Shown here piece by piece: positions 58,157-64,000 of a stretch of DNA of 64,000 nucleotides (positions are counted from its first letter, which is position 1; the number at the start of each line of letters is the position of its first letter). The notes beneath the pieces were generated by a model that ran no database searches, was not told the origin of the DNA, and saw only the letters and a program-made list of their open reading frames with translations. The stretch is from the NCBI GenBank assembly GCA_964397195.1, contig CAYNGY010000005.1:685-64684 (forward strand). Reading direction: 5' to 3'. The position numbers and the translations under genes are program-made. The stretch is from an uncultured Gammaproteobacteria bacterium. Lineage in GTDB: Bacteria; Patescibacteriota; Patescibacteriia; SBBC01; CAIJZX01.

Positions 58157-59041
58157 TTAGTACGGTTTGCGGATATAAGCTCGAATTGAATCGCGCATTT
58201 CTTTGTGTTGGAGCGCAAAATGAATGTTTGCTTTGATATATTCGGCCTTATCTCCGGTATCCCACCATCGGCCGGTGAGCTGATGGGCGTAGACCTTTTC
58301 TCGCCGGGCGAGGATATTAACGCCATCAACGTAGTAGATTTCACCTTGGAGCGACGGTTTTGCGCGTTCGAGGGCGCGGAATAGTTCCGGCGTAAACACG
58401 GCCCCGCCAAGCATGGCGTACGGCGATGGCGATTTTTCGCGAAGCGGCTTCTCGACGATGCTCGAAATGCGGAACGTCTTCCCTTTTACTTTGTCATGCG
58501 GCTTCATCATGCCGTATTTCGAAAAACGATCTTCGCTAACCGGAAGAACGCCGATAATGCTGGAATGATAGCGGCGATACGCGTCAATGAGCTGTTTCGC
58601 GACCGGTACGCGCGCCTCAAAGAAATCATCGCCCCAGCACATCACGAATGGTTCATCGCCAACTACTTCTTTGGCCATGAGGATCGCATGACCATTTCCA
58701 AGCATCTTGTTTTGGCGGACAAAAACAAACTTTGCTAACCGCGAGATGCGGTCAACCTCTTTGAGCTGTTCCAGTTTATTATTTTCGCGCAGGAGCTGTT
58801 CAAGTTCGCCTGAGTAGTCGAAGTGGTCTTCGACGGCCCGCTTGTTGCGCCCGGTAATAAAGATAATCTCCTCGATACCGGCGGCAACTAATTGCTCAAC
58901 GACAATTTGGACGATTGGCTTATCGACAATCGGGAGCATTTCTTTTGGCTGGGCGATCGTCATGGGCAAAAAACGCGTCCCAAATCCAGCGACTGGAACG
59001 ACGGCTTTGCGTATTTTTGTGTTTTTTCTTTTGGTTGGCAT
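58157..59041 (-). CDS. galU: UTP--glucose-1-phosphate uridylyltransferase
   Basis: KAVVPVAGFGTRFLP..PKEMLPIVDKP, VEKP, DTG. Confidence 0.95.
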   Translation of the reverse strand: MPTKRKNTKIRKAVVPVAGFGTRFLPMTIAQPKEMLPIVDKPIVQIVVEQLVAAGIEEIIFITGRNKRAVEDHFDYSGELEQLLRENNKLEQLKEVDRISRLAKFVFVRQNKMLGNGHAILMAKEVVGDEPFVMCWGDDFFEARVPVAKQLIDAYRRYHSSIIGVLPVSEDRFSKYGMMKPHDKVKGKTFRISSIVEKPLREKSPSPYAMLGGAVFTPELFRALERAKPSLQGEIYYVDGVNILARREKVYAHQLTGRWWDTGDKAEYIKANIHFALQHKEMRDSIRAYIRKPY

Positions 59042-59059
59042 GGTCAGACTATACCACTT

Positions 59060-60349
59060 TTAGGCGGCTTTGTCACCTTGAGCCTTACGCTGGCGCATCA
59101 GGGCGCGAAGAGCACGTACCGGGTTTTTAGATTGCCGGATACCGGCGAGAATCTCCGACCGGGTGATTCCTCGGTCATGCGCGTCGTCAGCCACGGCGAG
59201 AAGCTGGCCCATACCGGCGCCGGGTTTTATGCCGAGACCAATCAATTCATGACCGCTTAGTACGTGCGGCGGCGGCTGATGCAAGAGGTGATATCTTTTG
59301 GCAGTGCGGGCTAAGGTACGGCTCGTAATCGGCCGGAGACAGCCGAGGAGGCTGACAGCGTGGCCAACTGGTAGCGGATCCAGCCGACGGGCCAGCGAAA
59401 ATACCTCTTGGCGACCGATTTTTTTTGGTAATCGGTGGGTGGCGGCCGTTAAGCGTCGGATCTGGTGGTATGTGTTTCTGGAAAATCCAAGCCGCAAGAG
59501 GAATGGTTGTTGAGATTTGACCGGAATTGCCCGGAGGAGGAGAGACCAAAAAACTATCTGACGGTGCTGAGCTGGGAGAGACGGGAGATGGTCGACGGCG
59601 CGGTACAGCGTCTCCGGAAAGCGCACCGTTCTTCCGACGAGCGGCGAAAAAACATCCACCGTAGTCGCAATACGTAAACCGAGCGATGGTTTTTTTGCTA
59701 GTAACACGAACTTTTCCCACTCGGCGAATATCCGCGCCGCGGGTAGCTCAATAATCGAACCGGCCATTTTTTTCATTAGCCTGAGTGACTTCAGATCGGC
59801 GCGGAGCGCGAATCGAGCGGCGAATTGCACGCCTCGCAACAGCCGCAGCGGGTCATCGCCAAACGTCTGTGCGTCAACGATGCATAAGATGTGACGACGG
59901 AGGTCGCGCTGGCCACCAAATGGGTCGAGTACAGTATTGGTGGAAAGATTGATGGCCATGGCGTTGATGGTAAAATCGCGACGTCGTAGATCATCAACGA
60001 TTGGAATGCGCGGGTTTGCGTGAATGGCGAAGCCGCGGTGGCCGGGCGCGATTTTTGATTCACGCCGGGGCAGCGCAATATCGACCGTTGTGCGAGTAGT
60101 GATCAGGCGTAGGGTGCCAAAGCTTCGGCCAACATCGTGGACGTGGCCGTATGACGAGGCAATATCTTTTACCGTAGCCGGCGATAGGCCCGCAATGACC
60201 AGATCGTAGTCGTGGGTTGACTGTTTTGATAGTAGATCACGGACTGCGCCACCAACTAAAAAAGCTTGGCCGCTAGCGCGAGCACATTTTAATCCGAGGT
60301 GGCGGATAACCGGCGGGAGATGGAGCGTGAACGACGAGGCGGCGGGCAT
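59060..60349 (-). CDS. cca: tRNA nucleotidyltransferase (CCA-adding family)
   Basis: GGAVRD, DYD, DLRRRDFTINAMA, DPFGG, DDPLRLLR. Confidence 0.9.
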   Translation of the reverse strand: MPAASSFTLHLPPVIRHLGLKCARASGQAFLVGGAVRDLLSKQSTHDYDLVIAGLSPATVKDIASSYGHVHDVGRSFGTLRLITTRTTVDIALPRRESKIAPGHRGFAIHANPRIPIVDDLRRRDFTINAMAINLSTNTVLDPFGGQRDLRRHILCIVDAQTFGDDPLRLLRGVQFAARFALRADLKSLRLMKKMAGSIIELPAARIFAEWEKFVLLAKKPSLGLRIATTVDVFSPLVGRTVRFPETLYRAVDHLPSLPAQHRQIVFWSLLLRAIPVKSQQPFLLRLGFSRNTYHQIRRLTAATHRLPKKIGRQEVFSLARRLDPLPVGHAVSLLGCLRPITSRTLARTAKRYHLLHQPPPHVLSGHELIGLGIKPGAGMGQLLAVADDAHDRGITRSEILAGIRQSKNPVRALRALMRQRKAQGDKAA

Positions 60350-60420
60350 ACCACTACGGTACGTGGTGCGAAGAGCCTTGACAAGGAGCCGGGTTTTTGG
60401 TAAGCGTACTGGCGGCACCC

Positions 60421-60705
60421 ATGGAAGCGCTCTTCAGATTCGAGGAACCCGGCAGGCTGGGATACAGGGAGGTGCGCATGCGGCACACAGATGAAGAAGA
60501 ACGTCTGCACCTGGTCATTCATGTTCACGGACCGGCCCGGCGCGGAGACTTTCCGTATCGGGCAACGTTCCACAACACGCAGCACAACGAGATCGGTACG
60601 ACCCGTGACGCGGCGGTCGAAGCGCTCAAGACGCGCCTGGCAAGGCTGGGCTACACGCGGGAACAGCTGGCCGCGATGGAGGTCCTGCCGCCGCTTCCGA
60701 AATGA
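60421..60705 (+). CDS. orphan hypothetical protein
   Basis: 94 aa; strongly C/G-ending codons; TTGACA at 60378 and its own terminator. Confidence 0.7.
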   Translation: MEALFRFEEPGRLGYREVRMRHTDEEERLHLVIHVHGPARRGDFPYRATFHNTQHNEIGTTRDAAVEALKTRLARLGYTREQLAAMEVLPPLPK

Positions 60706-60722
60706 GCGGTCGTAGACGAAAT

Positions 60723-60761
60723 CGCCGGGCTCGTCTCGTACGGGCCCGGCGAATCTTTTTT
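60723..60761 (+). terminator. intrinsic terminator
   Basis: TCGCCGGGCTCGT...ACGGGCCCGGCGA followed by ATCTTTTTT. Confidence 0.75.
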
Positions 60762-60770
60762 GCTGACTGT

Positions 60771-62666
60771 CTATTCGAAGTGGACGTCCGTGATTTTTGT
60801 TTCAGGGCCGCCGATGACCCGCAATGTGGCAGCAGTGATCGGCCCACTCATGAACCAATTTGGGCAGGTGTGAACATCTAGGCGATACGATTGTTGGCCG
60901 CTAACGATAGGCATGGCGATTGATCCGCGATCAAGCTCGAGCCCGTTGGCACGACTTTGCCATGCAAACTTGACCGCGTTTTTCCCAGTTCCGGAGATCG
61001 TGAAGACCAGACTGTTGATCGCCATAGGTTCAAATTGGTGCTCCCCGGCGACATCCCGCATTTTTAGGTTCCAGGTTCGTTGTTCCGGGCTATGCGCAGA
61101 CCAGTCAAGCGTTGACGGTGGAGGTGTGTCCTGTCGCCAGGCAGCGAACTTTTTTTCGGTGGCGATATTCTCAACGATAGTCGACGTTTGATTATCCCAC
61201 GTGAAGGCATCTATTCCGTCCATGTTTGGGACGGGCTTGAACGCGCAGGTCGATGTAGCGGTAACGTCGGTCTTAACATTTGTCGCGAGCGAGTAGCGGG
61301 CGTTTATGAAAAATTTCGGATTCTCTAATGCGATGCGCAAACTCTCGCCAAGCCCGTTCCGAAGAACAAATGCGCCGTAGTAGCTGTCTGGAACCCGGGT
61401 GATCAAAACCGCCCGATGGTAGGTGTCATAGTCGACAGCTCGGTATTCCGGCTTTAGGGCCTCGATACTGCTCGCAATAGTATTTGCTTGTGTTGCGGCA
61501 ATACGCCAGGGAACGTAATTGAAGAGGGAGGCAAGGCCGCCAATGATGACGAGAGTTGGCAAGAGCATTTTTTGTATGCGACCTGACGCGTCGGCCCGGT
61601 CGAATACTACCGCGATCAGTATCGAAATCGGTATGGTGGCAAAAAACAGGACCCGGGTATTCATGAGCGTGGCGTGCACGTTCGGGATGATGGATGCACC
61701 GGGCAGGGCGACAACATACGTTAGAAGAACCAGCCCAAGAACGGTGAGCCACGAACGTTTTTCGCTAAGCTGATTTCGATTGACGAGCAGCGCGGTCCCG
61801 ATAAGACCGGCCAAGACCACAATGGTAATACCATTCTGGGTGTGCCCAGAGGCAAGGGCGGGAATTCCTATCCCCGCGAAGGCGTAGTTCACGGCATACT
61901 TCACGAGGTAGATCGGCAAGAGCACAAACTTTAGTGGGATCCAGACGCTCGATCCGCCACCGATCCAGGCATACCCGCCAAGCCATGACCCGATCATTAT
62001 TTTTCGAATGACGATATGGCCGGCAAGCAGAATACCGTATGGTGCCCAAAGCATGACCGCGCGCCAGCGCCATCGACGCCGTTCCCACAGCGCGGCGACA
62101 ATCAAGACGGCCATCAGCAAGGGCAACGTAAAGGCCTCTTCCTTACTGAAATAGGCCAGCGTGGCGGCTACGTAGGAGAGTGCCAACCAAGGAATTTGCA
62201 CTCGCTCCCGACACCGGACGAGCGCGTACATTGCCAGGAGACTGAACCAAATGGCGAGGAGATCGGTGCGACCGGATATCCACGTGACGGTTTCGTGATG
62301 GCTTGGGAAGACCACAAACAGAAGGGAGCTAAACAGAGCGAGTCGGGGTCGATTCGTCACGCGTCGGAGAATCCCGTAGAGACACAGCGCGATCCCGACG
62401 AGGAGAAGAAGATTTGTGAGGTGGAATCCGAACGACTGCGGCCCCCAGACGAGATAGTCAAGCGTCATTGAGACATTCATGACTGGTCGGTAGGTGCCGC
62501 CGGGGATCTGAAGAATTTTAAGAAAGGATGGCCAGTCATGAACGGTTCGAGCGAACATGACGTGGTCGTAATCGTCAGAGAGAAATTGGTCCGTTACGGC
62601 CGGGCCATGCATGACAATCGCGACGAAGATGATGAGAATCGGATGGAGAAATCGCTTGAAGATCAT
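60771..62666 (-). CDS. GT-C (PMT/TMTC-like) membrane glycosyltransferase
   Basis: SDD, YRP, FHLTNLLL, E.V.WISGR.D and SKE motifs of TMTC-like proteins. Confidence 0.82.
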   Translation of the reverse strand: MIFKRFLHPILIIFVAIVMHGPAVTDQFLSDDYDHVMFARTVHDWPSFLKILQIPGGTYRPVMNVSMTLDYLVWGPQSFGFHLTNLLLLVGIALCLYGILRRVTNRPRLALFSSLLFVVFPSHHETVTWISGRTDLLAIWFSLLAMYALVRCRERVQIPWLALSYVAATLAYFSKEEAFTLPLLMAVLIVAALWERRRWRWRAVMLWAPYGILLAGHIVIRKIMIGSWLGGYAWIGGGSSVWIPLKFVLLPIYLVKYAVNYAFAGIGIPALASGHTQNGITIVVLAGLIGTALLVNRNQLSEKRSWLTVLGLVLLTYVVALPGASIIPNVHATLMNTRVLFFATIPISILIAVVFDRADASGRIQKMLLPTLVIIGGLASLFNYVPWRIAATQANTIASSIEALKPEYRAVDYDTYHRAVLITRVPDSYYGAFVLRNGLGESLRIALENPKFFINARYSLATNVKTDVTATSTCAFKPVPNMDGIDAFTWDNQTSTIVENIATEKKFAAWRQDTPPPSTLDWSAHSPEQRTWNLKMRDVAGEHQFEPMAINSLVFTISGTGKNAVKFAWQSRANGLELDRGSIAMPIVSGQQSYRLDVHTCPNWFMSGPITAATLRVIGGPETKITDVHFE

Positions 62667-62672
62667 GGGAAA

Positions 62673-63095
62673 CTAGCCGAGAGTCATCAAAATAGCGCCA
62701 CCGGCTATCATGAGTGCTCCGAGGCCGGAGCGAATCGTGAGGTGGTCGCCAAGGAAGAGAAGGGAGAATACTAGTACGAATACTACCGACAGGCGATCGA
62801 TGGCGGCGACTTGTGGTGCCTTGGCGAGTCGAAGTGCGGCGAAATAACACAGCCACGACAGTGCGCCAGCCACGCCAGCGAGTACAATATATACCCACTC
62901 GCGCTGTCCAATAGTGCTCGGGGCCAGGTGTCGCGCCTTCCCGAGGACGAGTGAGACGAGAACGAGAAAGATGGCCATGATAATGGCACGGATGGTGGTG
63001 GCCAGCGTCGTATCAACTTTACTCAGACCGAGTTTCCCGAAAATTGCGACGAGGGCTGCTGAGAGTGCTGAGCCGAGCGCGAGGAGGAGCCACAT
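62673..63095 (-). CDS. EamA/DMT family transporter (single domain)
   Basis: IFGKLGL, LATTIR, SWLCYFAAL, IDRLSVV. Confidence 0.9.
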   Translation of the reverse strand: MWLLLALGSALSAALVAIFGKLGLSKVDTTLATTIRAIIMAIFLVLVSLVLGKARHLAPSTIGQREWVYIVLAGVAGALSWLCYFAALRLAKAPQVAAIDRLSVVFVLVFSLLFLGDHLTIRSGLGALMIAGGAILMTLG

Positions 63096-63099
63096 AAAG

Positions 63100-64000
63100 T
63101 TACAGCACTATCCTCTTAACTATTTTGAGCGGTGACCCCGCCCACCAGAAGGTGGTGCCGCGTGATTCGGTAAACCAGGCCGGTTCACCAGACGCATCAT
63201 AGCGCTCTTTGAGCGAAATAGTGAATCGATTTTTCTCTGATGTAGGAATAAGGCGCGCGGGCATGCTGAGCGGGTCGGAATATTCTGGTCCAAAAACGAG
63301 CAGGGTTTGTTTGTGTGGAATGATCATGCGGAGACCCCAACGGCTTTCGTACAGACCCGCAAATTTTTTATATCGTGATGTCTGCGGTGAGGGCGCATCA
63401 TCGTACTCGCGGATAAGTCGCATGGCGCCGCCAGCAATTCCACCAGTGGGAGCAAACATGCGGTTCCCGATGACGCTGACACTTAGATCTGGTTTCGGGG
63501 CATAGACATACTGTGACGTGAAGCCGGCGAAACCGCCGCTATGTCCGATGACGCTCTCCTTGTCTATACGCCATGATGATATTCCGTATCCATATCGTTC
63601 TTTCGGGACGCCGGTTCTGGTCGTTGGATCCAGGAGGAGACGACGATATTTTTTTGGTACGATCGTTAACCGTTCCATGGTTAAGGTGCTGGCAAATTGA
63701 GCAAGGTCGGCGGCGGTGGAAATGAAGCCGGTCGCCGCGGCGTACCCGCGAGTGGCGGTGTGCGGAAATGGCGATTGTTTTTTGACGCCGAGCCGCGGAT
63801 AGCCAACGGCGAGATTTGGAATGGACGGGGCGTAATCTGGGTATGTATGGTGCAGCCGGAGGGGATGGAGAATATTTTTCGTAACGTACTCGGCGTAGGT
63901 CAAACCGGAAACCGATTCGATAACTGCGCCAAGGACTGCATATCCGAAGTTTGAGTACTTAAATCCAGCGACTGGCTTGGGCCAATGGGTAGCCCGGCGA
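63100..64000 (-). CDS. serine hydrolase/beta-lactamase (class C-like), 5' end outside the window
   Basis: Frame extends above the ORF-track start with FKYSNFGYAVLG; ILHPL, STAADLA, GHSGG. Confidence 0.9.
   Translation of the reverse strand, partial: RRATHWPKPVAGFKYSNFGYAVLGAVIESVSGLTYAEYVTKNILHPLRLHHTYPDYAPSIPNLAVGYPRLGVKKQSPFPHTATRGYAAATGFISTAADLAQFASTLTMERLTIVPKKYRRLLLDPTTRTGVPKERYGYGISSWRIDKESVIGHSGGFAGFTSQYVYAPKPDLSVSVIGNRMFAPTGGIAGGAMRLIREYDDAPSPQTSRYKKFAGLYESRWGLRMIIPHKQTLLVFGPEYSDPLSMPARLIPTSEKNRFTISLKERYDASGEPAWFTESRGTTFWWAGSPLKIVKRIVL

Overview
A chromosomal segment around the dnaA-dnaN locus of what looks like a Patescibacteria (CPR) genome, probably Parcubacteria/ABY1-like. The assignment is an inference from 16S signatures, TrbC/VirB2-type 'pilins', Asn/Thr-rich secreted proteins and a GH57/glycogen-synthase cluster. 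RNA genes are a 5'-truncated 16S rRNA with no 23S after it, tRNA-Ile(GAT) and tRNA-Glu(TTC). Housekeeping genes include ruvB, ruvC, yebC, tsaD, tsaE, valS, tyrS, yidC/yidD/rnpA/rpmH, dnaA/dnaN/dciA-like, PBP1A, galU and cca. There is a flippase with two O-antigen-ligase-like genes, a glycogen cluster with no glgC in the window, five GT-C-type membrane glycosyltransferases and a five-member pilin array. I saw no CRISPR array, transposase or integrase. The most notable observations are: (1) an STT3/AglB-like protein beside pilins that share a C-terminal N-V-T sequon, a candidate pilin N-glycosylation system; (2) tRNA-Ile preceded by an exact 19-nt copy of its own 5' end and a 105-nt structured insert; (3) a self-contained cassette with a highly structured RNA and a small membrane-protein gene at 13.86-14.61 kb; (4) a Val T-box with no terminator before valS; (5) many apparently leaderless genes. 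All calls come from motif recognition by eye; no searches or folding programs were run.
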